Shown here: positions 22,579-31,414 of the stretch, one piece after another
Position numbering within the stretch: position 1 is the stretch's first letter
Layout of the letters: each line of letters starts with the position of its first letter
NCBI RefSeq assembly: GCF_039543145.1
Contig: NZ_BAABJE010000018.1
Span: 5,123-37,122 of the forward strand
Reading direction: 5' to 3'
Source of the DNA: Lysobacter hankyongensis
GTDB lineage: Bacteria > Pseudomonadota > Gammaproteobacteria > Xanthomonadales > Xanthomonadaceae
DNA: 32,000 nt
Made by a program: the position numbers and the translations under genes
The notes under the pieces: generated by a model
What the model was told of the DNA's origin: nothing
Database searches by the model: none
What the model saw: the letters and a program-made list of their open reading frames with translations, nothing else

Positions 22579-24609
22579 TCAGAAATCGGCCGTGAGCGAC
22601 AGGAAGGCCTGGCGGCCCGGGATCGTGTCGTACAGTCCGGAGGCGAGCGCCTCGAATCCGAATGTATCGAAGACGTTGCTGACGACGAATCGCAGCAGCA
22701 TGTTCCGATCGCCGGACGCGATCCGATAACGGGCGCCGAGATCGACGATGGTGCGCGCCGGAATCCGGACGGTGTTGCTTCGGTTCGCCCACTTCGCCGA
22801 CGCATGCGCCGCGCCCATGTCGAACGACAGCGCGCCTCCGGCGGCGTCGGGTTTCCAGTCCATGTTGAGCCTGAAGACCCGGTCGGGAATGCCCACGGGG
22901 TGCGATCCGATCGCTCCGGCGGCCACCTGCGGCCCGGTGACCTCGGCACGCATGAGGACGCCGCCGGCGACGACGGTCAGGTTCGGCCTGAGCTTTCCGC
23001 TGAGGGAGAGTTCCAGCCCGCGACTGCCGATCGACCCCAGGGGTTCGAAGGTGCCCGAGTTTCCGGTCTGGAAATAAGGTTTTTCGATATCGAACGCGCC
23101 GACGATCAGGCGCATGTCCCGGTGGATCTGCCAGCGCACGCCAAGATCGCGCTGCGACGTTTCGATGGCCTGGAGCGGCTGGTTGCGATTGGCCGCGCTC
23201 GCCGGCGCCACGCCGTTCTCTTCGAGGCCCTTCACCAGGCCGCCGTACACGGACAATTGATCCCCCACCATGCCCACGACCGACAGGTTGTAGAGCCATG
23301 GGTCGCTGCGGCTGGACGCGGGTGCGAGGCCGGGAAGCGTGGTGGTCTTTTCGTACCGGACTTTCTGCACGCCGGCGCCGACCTCCAGCGCTTTCCCCAG
23401 CAGTCCCCGATAGGCCACGCCCGCCGATGCCTGACGCAGGGCATAGCGGGACTGTTCCTGGAATCGCACCTCAGGCCGCTCGATGTCGCGCCGCGCTCCG
23501 ATCCGGGCGGGACCGAGGTCGATCTCCGAAGAGCCGTCGTAGGTGCGTTCCTTCCGGCGCGCGCGCAGATTGAGATGCAGCTGGTGCGACGTCTTTCCGT
23601 GGACGAAGGCGCGGGTGAGCCGGGTCTCGCCGCTGGTGGCGGTGTAGGCGCTCGGCGGATCGAGAATCGCGATCTGTCGACCGTATCCGTCGCGATCCAC
23701 GCCGACATAGAGATTGGCCGCATCGGTGCGCATGTCGATGCGCGAGTGGAAGATGCCGGCATGCAGTTGCGTGCGGGGGCTGATCGCGACGTTGGCCACC
23801 ACGCCGTAGACATCGGATCGCGAGTTCGCATCGAGCCAGGAGGGCCCCGCGAAACGACGGCGTTCCATCTCCGGCGGCAGGTAGTTGCCGGCGGTCATGT
23901 ACAGGGGGCCGGTGTCGTCGTCGCGCACGGTGGAGTGCTGCCAGAACGGCTGCACCGTGATCTGTTCGTTCGGCGCCCAGCGCCCCGCGAGAGCGCTCAC
24001 CACCTGCGCGTTGTCCGTCCCGTTGCGGAACTCGTTCCGGTACAGGCCGATGGCGCCGGCCATGCGCAACGAGGCCAACAGCGGCTGATCCCGATCGATC
24101 TGCACGCTGACGCCACCCCAGCTGTCGATCGCGGCGGTCGCGGATGTCGATGGCACCGCTTTGGGGGTCAGCAGCGTGTAATCCACGATGCCGGTCGGGG
24201 CCGGAAACGGAGAGGCGGTCGCCGACAGGCCGATGCGGATGTTCGTCGCTTCGCGCATCATCGGGTACAGGGGTTGGATCTGGTCGAAATACATCGAATT
24301 GATCCGCACGTTTCCCGCCGCGACCGCGGAAAAACCGCGCACGCTGCCTGCGGTGTAGATCCCGATCGACTCCCGTCCCACGCTGGTGCCGAACGCATCG
24401 TCGGCCCGGACGATCGCGTTGGCGGTGGCGCGGCCGGTGTTCGTCGCCGGATCGACGCACCGCGCCTTCCCGCTGCCGTCCGCCGGCGCCGGGATGCCGG
24501 CGACTTCGCCGGCGGATGGTGTCGGGCAGCGCTCGTCCGGCTGCGCGTCGCAGGCGAAGGCGGCGCACCACAGCAGGCAAGCGATGGCCTGATGTTTCGG
24601 GGATGGCAT
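22579..24609 (-). CDS. TonB-dependent receptor-like outer-membrane beta-barrel, 676 aa (divergent plug, no clear TonB box)
   Basis: - Start ATG 24607-24609, with GGGAAG 7 nt upstream.
- Signal-peptide-like N-terminus: MPSPKHQAIACLLWCAAFACDAQ.
- Plug-like VRGF and NIRIGLSATASPFPAPTGIVDYTL.
- Barrel motifs SRGLELSLSGKL and LLRFVVSNVFD.
- C-terminal aromatic residue (...SLTADF). Confidence 0.65.
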   Translation of the reverse strand: MPSPKHQAIACLLWCAAFACDAQPDERCPTPSAGEVAGIPAPADGSGKARCVDPATNTGRATANAIVRADDAFGTSVGRESIGIYTAGSVRGFSAVAAGNVRINSMYFDQIQPLYPMMREATNIRIGLSATASPFPAPTGIVDYTLLTPKAVPSTSATAAIDSWGGVSVQIDRDQPLLASLRMAGAIGLYRNEFRNGTDNAQVVSALAGRWAPNEQITVQPFWQHSTVRDDDTGPLYMTAGNYLPPEMERRRFAGPSWLDANSRSDVYGVVANVAISPRTQLHAGIFHSRIDMRTDAANLYVGVDRDGYGRQIAILDPPSAYTATSGETRLTRAFVHGKTSHQLHLNLRARRKERTYDGSSEIDLGPARIGARRDIERPEVRFQEQSRYALRQASAGVAYRGLLGKALEVGAGVQKVRYEKTTTLPGLAPASSRSDPWLYNLSVVGMVGDQLSVYGGLVKGLEENGVAPASAANRNQPLQAIETSQRDLGVRWQIHRDMRLIVGAFDIEKPYFQTGNSGTFEPLGSIGSRGLELSLSGKLRPNLTVVAGGVLMRAEVTGPQVAAGAIGSHPVGIPDRVFRLNMDWKPDAAGGALSFDMGAAHASAKWANRSNTVRIPARTIVDLGARYRIASGDRNMLLRFVVSNVFDTFGFEALASGLYDTIPGRQAFLSLTADF

Positions 24610-24638
24610 GCAATTACTTCCCTGTCGTGGATCGATGT

Positions 24639-26870
24639 TCAGGCGGGCTGCGCATCGCGCGCATCGCTCGATGCTCGGGCATCGAGCGGACGAAGCAGAT
24701 CGATCGCCAACCGACGGCTGGCCCGCAGCGCCACCGCCATCATGGTGAGGGTCGGATTCTGGGGGCCGACATTGGGGAAACAGGCGCCGTCCACCACCAG
24801 CACGTTCGGCATGTCCCACACCCGGTTCCAGGGATCCACCACCGAGGTGGCCGGATCGAGCCCCATCCGCGCCGAACCCACTTCATGGATGCACATGCCC
24901 GGCGTGCCGGCGGTGGGCGTCACATGGGCGATGTCGAAACCCGCTTCGATGGCGATCTCCTCCACCGCGCGGCGCATCGCCTCGACCATGGCCAGATCGT
25001 TCCCGCCGTAGCGGCATTCGACTTTCGCCACCGGATCGCCCCAGTGGTCCACGCGCTCGCTCAGGGTGACGCGATTCTCCTCGCGCGGCTGCATCGTGCC
25101 GAACGCGGTCAGGAAAAAGTGCGCGGGATTGTCGTCTTCGCGGATGCTGCGCTTGAACGCCACGCCGAAGCCCGGCCGGGTGGCGAGATCGCGCGGCTGC
25201 ATGTAGTGCTTGACCGCGCCCTCGATGCCGAAACCGCCGTAGTGTCCGCCGTCGAGTCGCTCCCCGAGATTCTGGAACTGCGGAATGTAGAACTGGTTCG
25301 AGCGGCCTTCGTCGTGCACGCCGACGGGTTTGCGCAGCCAGGGGACGCTGCCGGAACAGGTAACCGAGTGCACGTGGCCGTGCAGGAATTTTCCGAGGAC
25401 GCCCGAACTGGATCCGACGCCTCCGGGAAAATCGGCGGTCCGGCTCGCGAGCAGGATCCGGGTCGTGGCGATCGTCGATGCCGCAAGTACGACCGACTTC
25501 GCGAAGACCTTCCGGCGTTCGCCGCTGACGGTGTCCACGAACTCGACGCCGTTCGCCCTGCGCGGGTCCTGTCCGCAGAGCAGGCGCGAGACCTTGGCGT
25601 TCGGTTGCAGATGGAAATTGTCGCGTGCCGCCAGGCCGTTGATGATCGTACCGACCGGATCGAAGAACGAACCGCTGTCGCATCCGCGGTAGCAGTGGCC
25701 GATCGAACGACAGGCCTTGCGGCCCTGATGGTCGACCGTCAGGATCGCGGTGCGCCCGATGATCATCCTGCGCTCGCGCCAGCGCGCTTCGACGCGCGCC
25801 TTCAGGTGCAGCTCACCGTCGGTGAAGTCCATCGGCGGCAGGAACCGGCCGTCGGGCAGGGTTTCGATGCCGTCCTCCGCGCCGCTGACCCCGATCGTCG
25901 ACTCCACTTCGTCGTAGTAGGGCGCGATTTCGTCGTAGCCGAACGGCCACGCCGGCGCGCCCGCGGGATGGAAATCGCCACTGAAATCCCGCTCGCCGTA
26001 GCGGTAGACCTGGCGGCCCCACATGTTCATGCGGCCGCCGACTTTCGCGCCGCGGATCCAGGTGTATGCGTCCGCACCTTCGTAGGGATTCTTCAGATCG
26101 TCGATGAAGAAATCGGCCCGGTATTCGTCGCAGGCCCAGAGCCGCGTCTGGATCGGCTGCGCGGCGCCATGCAGCACGTCGTTGTCGAACAGGTTGCGAA
26201 ACCGCAGTTCGTAGGGATATTTCGCGCGCGGGTTGCGGGTCGGCAGCGCACCGCTTTCGAGCAGCAGCACATCCAGGCCTTTTTCGACCAGTTCCTTGGC
26301 CGACCACGCGCCGGTGGCGCCGGAGCCGACCACGATCACGTCGTAATGCGTCTTCGGCAACGACGGCCGATGCTCTTCCGCGGGCTGCGTGGGCGCGGGC
26401 CTGGGCACCTTGCGGACGCGGAGTTCCACGTGCAGACCATGTTCGGTGCGGTAGTAGGCCTTGGCGATCGTCGCCTTCGCCGCCTGGAGAAAGGGCGTGA
26501 GCGGTGCGGCATCGGCCCTGCCGGCCAGGCCGTCGTCCAGCAGCGCGATCGCCGCATCGTCCGGAAGCGCCGCGAACCGCATCGCCATGCGTGCCTGGCT
26601 GCAGGCATCGAGCGCTTCCAGACCGGTCTCCCACAGCGTCTTCCAGGCTTGGGGTGCGTGTGCGATCAGATCCCCGAGAAAGGCCGGCACGTCGAGCTCG
26701 ACGGCACCGGGCGACTGCGCTTCGGCCGGGAGGATCAGGGCGCACAGGCGCGTCACGGCTGCCAGTCGGTCGGCATCGAAGTGGTTGTCGCGGTTCACGG
26801 CACGCTCCATATGCGCAATCAGGTGGGCACGAAGCGTTGCGGCCGCCCCACATCCGTCGATGCTTTCCAT
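24639..26870 (-). CDS. Fusion protein: gluconate 2-dehydrogenase subunit 3-like domain + GMC family FAD oxidoreductase, 743 aa
   Basis: - aa 30-150: RLAAVTRLCALILPAEAQSPGAVELDVPAFLGDLIA...GLEALDACSQARMAMRFAALPDDAAIALLDDGLAG...AKAYYRTEHG matches the small-subunit family pattern.
- aa 150-175: a Pro-rich linker.
- After the linker comes the GMC ADP-binding motif YDVIVVGSGATGAWSAKELVEKGLDVLLLESG and the GMC C-terminal region ...HEVGSARMG...VVDGACFP....
- Start: ATG 26868-26870. The track M1 is the adjacent GTG. Confidence 0.8.
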   Translation of the reverse strand: MESIDGCGAAATLRAHLIAHMERAVNRDNHFDADRLAAVTRLCALILPAEAQSPGAVELDVPAFLGDLIAHAPQAWKTLWETGLEALDACSQARMAMRFAALPDDAAIALLDDGLAGRADAAPLTPFLQAAKATIAKAYYRTEHGLHVELRVRKVPRPAPTQPAEEHRPSLPKTHYDVIVVGSGATGAWSAKELVEKGLDVLLLESGALPTRNPRAKYPYELRFRNLFDNDVLHGAAQPIQTRLWACDEYRADFFIDDLKNPYEGADAYTWIRGAKVGGRMNMWGRQVYRYGERDFSGDFHPAGAPAWPFGYDEIAPYYDEVESTIGVSGAEDGIETLPDGRFLPPMDFTDGELHLKARVEARWRERRMIIGRTAILTVDHQGRKACRSIGHCYRGCDSGSFFDPVGTIINGLAARDNFHLQPNAKVSRLLCGQDPRRANGVEFVDTVSGERRKVFAKSVVLAASTIATTRILLASRTADFPGGVGSSSGVLGKFLHGHVHSVTCSGSVPWLRKPVGVHDEGRSNQFYIPQFQNLGERLDGGHYGGFGIEGAVKHYMQPRDLATRPGFGVAFKRSIREDDNPAHFFLTAFGTMQPREENRVTLSERVDHWGDPVAKVECRYGGNDLAMVEAMRRAVEEIAIEAGFDIAHVTPTAGTPGMCIHEVGSARMGLDPATSVVDPWNRVWDMPNVLVVDGACFPNVGPQNPTLTMMAVALRASRRLAIDLLRPLDARASSDARDAQPA

Positions 26871-26951
26871 CACGTTCGCCGGGCTCGCGATCGAACACCC
26901 GATGCTGCCGGCCTGATATTTCCGGACGGACTCGTGTGTCCGCAGGAAAAA

Positions 26952-27028
26952 TGGCGCGCCTGGAGGGATTCGAACCCCCGACCAACGGCTTCGGAAGCCG
27001 CTACTCTATCCGGCTGAGCTACAGGCGC
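26952..27028 (-). tRNA. tRNA-Arg (anticodon CCG), 77 nt with encoded CCA
   Basis: The reverse complement folds by hand as a cloverleaf.
- Acceptor stem: GCGCCTG/CAGGCGC.
- D-arm: GCTC-AGCCGGATA-GAGT.
- Anticodon arm: GCGGC-TTCCGAA-GCCGT, with U33 and CCG at positions 34-36.
- T-arm: GGGGG-TTCGAAT-CCCTC.
- Discriminator G, then CCA. Confidence 0.9.
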
Positions 27029-27104
27029 GTGCCGCCTATTCTCCCCGATTCGGGCGGGCGGCGCGAGCTTTCCGCGCGGCGACCCCGGACCCACGACCGG
27101 ACCG

Positions 27105-28004
27105 ATGAGCGAAACCTCCGACATTTCCGCTGAAATTCCCGTCTGGCGCGAGCGTCTGCGCCAGTACTGGGCGCTGGTGCGCGGCGACCGGCCGATCGGC
27201 TGGCTGCTGCTGCTGTGGCCGACCTGGTGGGGCCTGTGGCTGGCCGCGGAGGGCGTGCCGCCGTGGTGGACGCTGGTGGTGTTCTCGCTGGGCGTATGGC
27301 TGACGCGTTCAGCCGGCTGCGTGATCAACGACTACGCCGACCGCTGGTTGGACCCGCTGGTCGAGCGCACACGGGGGCGGCCGCTGGCCACCGGCGCGGT
27401 GCGCGGCCGCGAGGCGCTGGCGGTGTTCGCGGTGCTGATGCTGGTCGCGTTCGCGCTGGTGTCGACGATGAACCGGCTGACGCTCCTGATGAGCGTGGTC
27501 GGCGTGTTCCTGGCCGCCAGCTATCCCTATCTCAAGCGCTACACCTATCTGCCGCAGGTCTATCTCGGGCTGGCGTTCGGCTGGGGCATCCCGATGGGCT
27601 TCGCGGCGATCCGCGGCGAGGTGCCGGCGATCGCCTGGGTGCTGTACGTCGCCAACATCTTCTGGACCACCGGCTACGACACCTGGTACGCGATGGTCGA
27701 TCGCGAGGACGACCTGCGCGCGGGTTCGAAGTCGACCGCGATCCTGTTCGGCGATCTCGATCTGGTCGCGCTCGGGGTGCTGTACGCGCTGTTCTTCGCC
27801 GGTCTGGCGCTGATCGGCCGGCAGATGACGCTGGGCGCGGCGTACTGGGCGGGGCTCGGCGTCGCCGGTCTGTTGGTCGGTTACCAATTCGCCATCGGCC
27901 GCAGCCGCGCGCGCGACGCCTGTTTCCGCGCGTTCCTCAACAACCATTGGGTGGGGATGGCGGTGTTCGTCGGCCTGGCGGTGGCGTTCTGGACGAAGGG
28001 CTGA
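27105..28004 (+). CDS. ubiA: 4-hydroxybenzoate polyprenyltransferase (ubiquinone biosynthesis), 299 aa
   Basis: - The N-terminus [23 protein letters not shown] parallels E. coli UbiA (TDKPIGALLLLWPTLWALW).
- First Asp-rich motif: [27 protein letters not shown].
- Second Asp-rich motif: [22 protein letters not shown].
- Multiple transmembrane segments. Confidence 0.9.
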   Translation: MSETSDISAEIPVWRERLRQYWALVRGDRPIGWLLLLWPTWWGLWLAAEGVPPWWTLVVFSLGVWLTRSAGCVINDYADRWLDPLVERTRGRPLATGAVRGREALAVFAVLMLVAFALVSTMNRLTLLMSVVGVFLAASYPYLKRYTYLPQVYLGLAFGWGIPMGFAAIRGEVPAIAWVLYVANIFWTTGYDTWYAMVDREDDLRAGSKSTAILFGDLDLVALGVLYALFFAGLALIGRQMTLGAAYWAGLGVAGLLVGYQFAIGRSRARDACFRAFLNNHWVGMAVFVGLAVAFWTKG

Positions 28005-28035
28005 GGCCGGAGCGACCGGACCTGTCACCGGCGCC

Positions 28036-28125
28036 CCTGCGGGAGCGACCGATTGCAGGCCTTCAACAGCCGAAGGCTGGTCAACACCTGCCGAGGACTG
28101 TCGCGACTTCCGTCGCTCCCACAGG
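28036..28125. repeat. Pair of inverted REP-like elements (CCTG[C/T]GGGAGCGAC core) in the ubiA-TBDR intergenic region
   Basis: cctgcgggagcgac (28036-28049) matches the reverse complement of gtcgctcccacagg (28112-28125) at 13 of 14 positions. The right copy is part of gtcgcgacttccgtcgctcccaca, with a GCGAC-ttcc-GTCGC hairpin. That reads as the TGTGGGAGCGAC....GTCGCGAC type of repetitive extragenic palindrome common in Pseudomonas and Xanthomonadaceae genomes (recalled from memory, not searched). Confidence 0.5.
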
Positions 28126-28537
28126 AGCTGCCTCCGACGTCTGCGGGCCTGAACGATCCTCCCGCGACGTTGCGGCGGGCCGGTGTCCTCGCCCCGCGAG
28201 GGTGCCGCCCGCGGCGATCTGGCCTTTCCAGGGAAACCCGGTTGCTGCGGTCAGTGCCAAGGTCAGGCAGGCGGCGAGCGGGGCCCGGCAGCGGCGGGAA
28301 CGGGGCTGTCAAAGACGACGATTTCCACCCGTTCGTGCGCCCATGACGCTGATTTGAACGGGTTTTTGCATGAATACGTATGCAGGCACCTTCCCCCCGT
28401 GCGGCCACCGACTACCATCGCGGCTGCATGCCGGGGACAGGCTGGACTCCGGACATGCCGGGAACTGCGGAACCTCGCCTCAGACGGGAATCGCGCATGG
28501 ACCTGCCAACGAATTCCAGTTGCTGTGGAGGGGATCC

Positions 28538-31267
28538 ATGCAGCCTTTGAAGCGAAACCTGTTGAGCGTGGCGCTGGCTTCGGCCACGCTGATGCTGGCC
28601 AACAGCGCCTATGCGCAGTCGGCCGACCAGAACCAAACCCAGGCCGAAGACATCGATGAGATCAAGGTCGTCGGCATCCGTCGCAGTATCGAGGCCTCGA
28701 CCGAGACCAAGCGCGAATCGACGTCGATCGTCGAAGCGATCTCGGCCGAAGACATCGGCAAACTGCCCGACACGTCGATCGCCGACTCGCTCGCGCGCCT
28801 GCCGGGTCTGACCGCGCAGCGCTTCGGCGGCCGTCCGCAGGAAATCAACATCCGCGGCTTCGCCGGCGACTTCTCGACCACCACGCTCAACGGTCGCGAG
28901 CAGGTCAGCCTCGGCAACAACCGCGGCGTCGAGTTCGACCAGTACCCGTCGGAACTCGTCAGTCAGGTGCTCGTCTACAAGACGCCCGATGCCCAACTCG
29001 TCGGCCAGGGCCTCTCCGGCACCGTCGACCTGAAAACCGTGCGTCCGCTGGCCTTCGGCAAACGCGCCTTCGCCGCCAACGTCCGCGGCGACATGAACAA
29101 GGTCGGCGACGAGAAGGAGAACGGCTACCGCTACAGCTTCTCCTACATCGACCAGTTCGCCGACAACACCGTCGGCATCGCCCTCGGCTACGCCCACCTC
29201 AACAATCCCGGTCAGGCCAAGCAGTTCGGCGACACCTGGGGTTACGACGGCGGCGGCCTGTTCGGCGGCGGCAAGCTCTATGACCTCGAAAATGACAACG
29301 AGCGCGACGGCCTGATGGGCGTGCTCGAATTCCGTCCGAACGAGAACTACCACACCGTCCTCGATATCTTCTATTCGCAGTTCGATCGTGAAGAGCAGAA
29401 GCGCGGCATGGAATTCGCCGGTGCCTTCGGCGGCACGGTCCAGCCGGGAAGCACGCCGGCCAACACCTCGTTCACCAATATCAATCCGGTGATCCGCAAC
29501 GATTTCAACGCCACCTACGACGATCTGTTCGCCATCGGCTGGAAGCACGAACTTCGCCTGAGCGAGCACTGGACCGCCACCGCCGACATCGGCTACTCCG
29601 ATGCCAAGCGCAAGGAGCGGATCCTCGAGACCTACGCGGGCGTCGATCCGGCGCTGGCGCGCGACACGCTCAACGTGGTGTTCGATCCGGATGGCTTCTT
29701 CCGTCACGACTTCGGTTACGACTACGGCGATCCGAACATCCTCCGCCTCGGCGATGCCGGCGGCTGGGGCCAGGACGGTTACATCAAGGACTTCGAGGTC
29801 AACGACAGCCTGAGTTCGTTCCGCCTCGACTTCGAGCGCAGCTTCGACGACGGCTGGTTCAGCAGTCTCGAATTCGGCGCCAACCTGACCGACCGCACCA
29901 AGAGCCGCGCCTCGAACGAAGCCTTCCTGGACCTCAGCGCCTGCCTCGGCGGCGTCTCGCCGGCCTGCACCGACGGCTTCTCGCAGCCGATCCCGACCGA
30001 TCTGCGCACCAACTCCGCCTTCAACGCCTACGGCGTCGGCTCGATCTACGGTTACGACGCACTCCGTGCGTACCAGACCTTGTATACCCGCCGCGCCAAC
30101 GCGAACGGCGATATTTCGAACAAGAACTGGGAAGTCAACGAGCAGGTCACCACCGCTTACGTCCAGGCCAACATCAACACCGAGATCGGTTCGATCCCGG
30201 TCAAGGGCAATATCGGCTTCCAGGCAGTCAGCGTCGATCAGTCCTCGCGCGGATCGGAGACATTCCAGGGCGGCGGCAATGGCCGTCCGCTCGAAGCAGG
30301 CGCCGCCTACACCGATTTCCTGCCCAGCCTGAATCTCTCGTTCGATCTGCCTTGGGATCAGGTCGTACGTGTCGGCGCCGGTCGTCAGGTGGCACGTCCG
30401 CGCATGGACGATCTGCGCGCGAACAATAATGTGAGCATCGGCGTCGGTCTCGCGGAGAATCCGCTGACGGGCGCACCCAATGTGATCGATCCCGCCACAG
30501 GACAGCTCACCCGCTTCTGGATGCGCGATGGCGGCAATCCGAAGCTCAAGCCGTGGGAAGCCAACGCCTACGACGTTTCGTACGAAAAATATTTCGGCGG
30601 AAGCAAGGCCTATGTCAGCCTCGCGTACTTCTACAAGGACCTGAGGACCTACATCTATCGCGAGCAGGGCATTTTCGACATCAACGATACTTCGATCACG
30701 CCTGCCGATTACCCGGTCAATCCGCTGCTTGTCCCGCCCAGCAATCTCGGTGGCTTCACCCGCCCTGTCAATGGCGAGGGTGGCACCATCAAGGGCTTCG
30801 AGTTCGCCGTTTCGGTGCCGCTGGACGTGCTGTGGGAACCGCTGCTCGGCTTCGGCATTCAGGCCAACTATTCGGACACCAAGAGCAGTATCCAGCCCCT
30901 CGGCCCCGACTTCCCGGATGAACCGCTGCCGGGCCTGTCGAAGTACATCTCGAACATCACCGCCTACTACGAGCGCTTCGGCTTCTCGGCGCGCGTCAGC
31001 CAGCGTCACCGCTCGGCGTTCGTGGGTGAAGTGCAGGGCTTCGGCGGCGATCGCACCCGTCGCACCTTCGAAGGCGAGACCGTCACCGACGTCCAGCTGG
31101 GTTACACCTTCCAGTCGGGCCCGCTCGAGAATCTCGGCATCCTCCTGCAGGTCAACAACCTGGAGAACGAACCCTTCCGTTCGTCCTTCAACGGCAACAG
31201 CGCGCAGCCGCGCGAGTACTTCGAATACGGCCGCACCTACCTGTTCGGCGTGAACTACCGCTTCTAA
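28538..31267 (+). CDS. TonB-dependent receptor (Xanthomonas/Caulobacter-type carbohydrate-associated TBDR family), 909 aa
   Basis: - Start ATG 28538, preceded by GGAGGGG.
- Signal peptide: MQPLKRNLLSVALASATLMLANSAYA/QS.
- TonB-box-like DEIKVVGIR.
- Plug motifs: SIVEAISAEDIGKLPDTSIADSLARLPGLTAQR, EINIRGF, LNGREQV.
- Long beta-barrel ending in ...YLFGVNYRF.
- The 965-aa track ORF has an unsupported N-terminal extension. Confidence 0.9.
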   Translation: MQPLKRNLLSVALASATLMLANSAYAQSADQNQTQAEDIDEIKVVGIRRSIEASTETKRESTSIVEAISAEDIGKLPDTSIADSLARLPGLTAQRFGGRPQEINIRGFAGDFSTTTLNGREQVSLGNNRGVEFDQYPSELVSQVLVYKTPDAQLVGQGLSGTVDLKTVRPLAFGKRAFAANVRGDMNKVGDEKENGYRYSFSYIDQFADNTVGIALGYAHLNNPGQAKQFGDTWGYDGGGLFGGGKLYDLENDNERDGLMGVLEFRPNENYHTVLDIFYSQFDREEQKRGMEFAGAFGGTVQPGSTPANTSFTNINPVIRNDFNATYDDLFAIGWKHELRLSEHWTATADIGYSDAKRKERILETYAGVDPALARDTLNVVFDPDGFFRHDFGYDYGDPNILRLGDAGGWGQDGYIKDFEVNDSLSSFRLDFERSFDDGWFSSLEFGANLTDRTKSRASNEAFLDLSACLGGVSPACTDGFSQPIPTDLRTNSAFNAYGVGSIYGYDALRAYQTLYTRRANANGDISNKNWEVNEQVTTAYVQANINTEIGSIPVKGNIGFQAVSVDQSSRGSETFQGGGNGRPLEAGAAYTDFLPSLNLSFDLPWDQVVRVGAGRQVARPRMDDLRANNNVSIGVGLAENPLTGAPNVIDPATGQLTRFWMRDGGNPKLKPWEANAYDVSYEKYFGGSKAYVSLAYFYKDLRTYIYREQGIFDINDTSITPADYPVNPLLVPPSNLGGFTRPVNGEGGTIKGFEFAVSVPLDVLWEPLLGFGIQANYSDTKSSIQPLGPDFPDEPLPGLSKYISNITAYYERFGFSARVSQRHRSAFVGEVQGFGGDRTRRTFEGETVTDVQLGYTFQSGPLENLGILLQVNNLENEPFRSSFNGNSAQPREYFEYGRTYLFGVNYRF

Positions 31268-31291
31268 GCAACACTCTCGACAGGCGAGCTT

Positions 31292-31333
31292 GGCCCTTGT
31301 CCGGTTTCCCCCCCGGGCAAGGGCCTTTTCTTT
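31292..31333 (+). terminator. Rho-independent terminator downstream of the TBDR gene
   Basis: A 13-bp stem forms between GGCCCTTGTCCGG (31292-31304) and CCGGGCAAGGGCC (31313-31325), with one G-U pair and an 8-nt loop TTTCCCCC. The T-rich run TTTTCTTT (31326-31333) follows. The structure begins 25 nt after the TAA stop. Confidence 0.85.
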
Positions 31334-31414
31334 GGTGGCGCCAGCCGCGACGGACGCCGCAGTTCCGCGCGCAGGGTGGGCGCTAGACTCGCCCGATCTT
31401 CCGGTGAATGCCGC

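Noticed and set aside
22577-23299. An upstream extension of the MFS ORF (662-aa version), and similar extensions of the TBDR-like ORF (to 24819) and the plus-strand TBDR ORF (from 28370).
   Set aside because: - The extensions overlap neighbouring genes or lack signal-peptide logic.
- The internal starts give proper N-termini (an MFS TM1, and signal peptides for the receptors).
- The internal starts are also compatible with RBS sequences or translational coupling.
24516-27017. An 833-aa plus-strand ORF antisense to the GMC fusion. The 1176-aa minus-strand ORF 28412-31942, antisense to the TBDR, belongs with it.
   Set aside because: These are high-GC antisense artefacts with low-complexity Arg/Gly/Ala/Asp-rich translations. 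The opposite strands carry clear GMC and TBDR motifs.
26952-27028. tRNA-Arg as the integration site of a genomic island carrying the Tc locus.
   Set aside because: - There is no integrase, no duplicated tRNA 3' end and no obvious compositional shift.
- About 7 kb of ordinary-looking metabolic genes separate the tRNA from the Tc genes.
- The question cannot be settled without comparative genomics.
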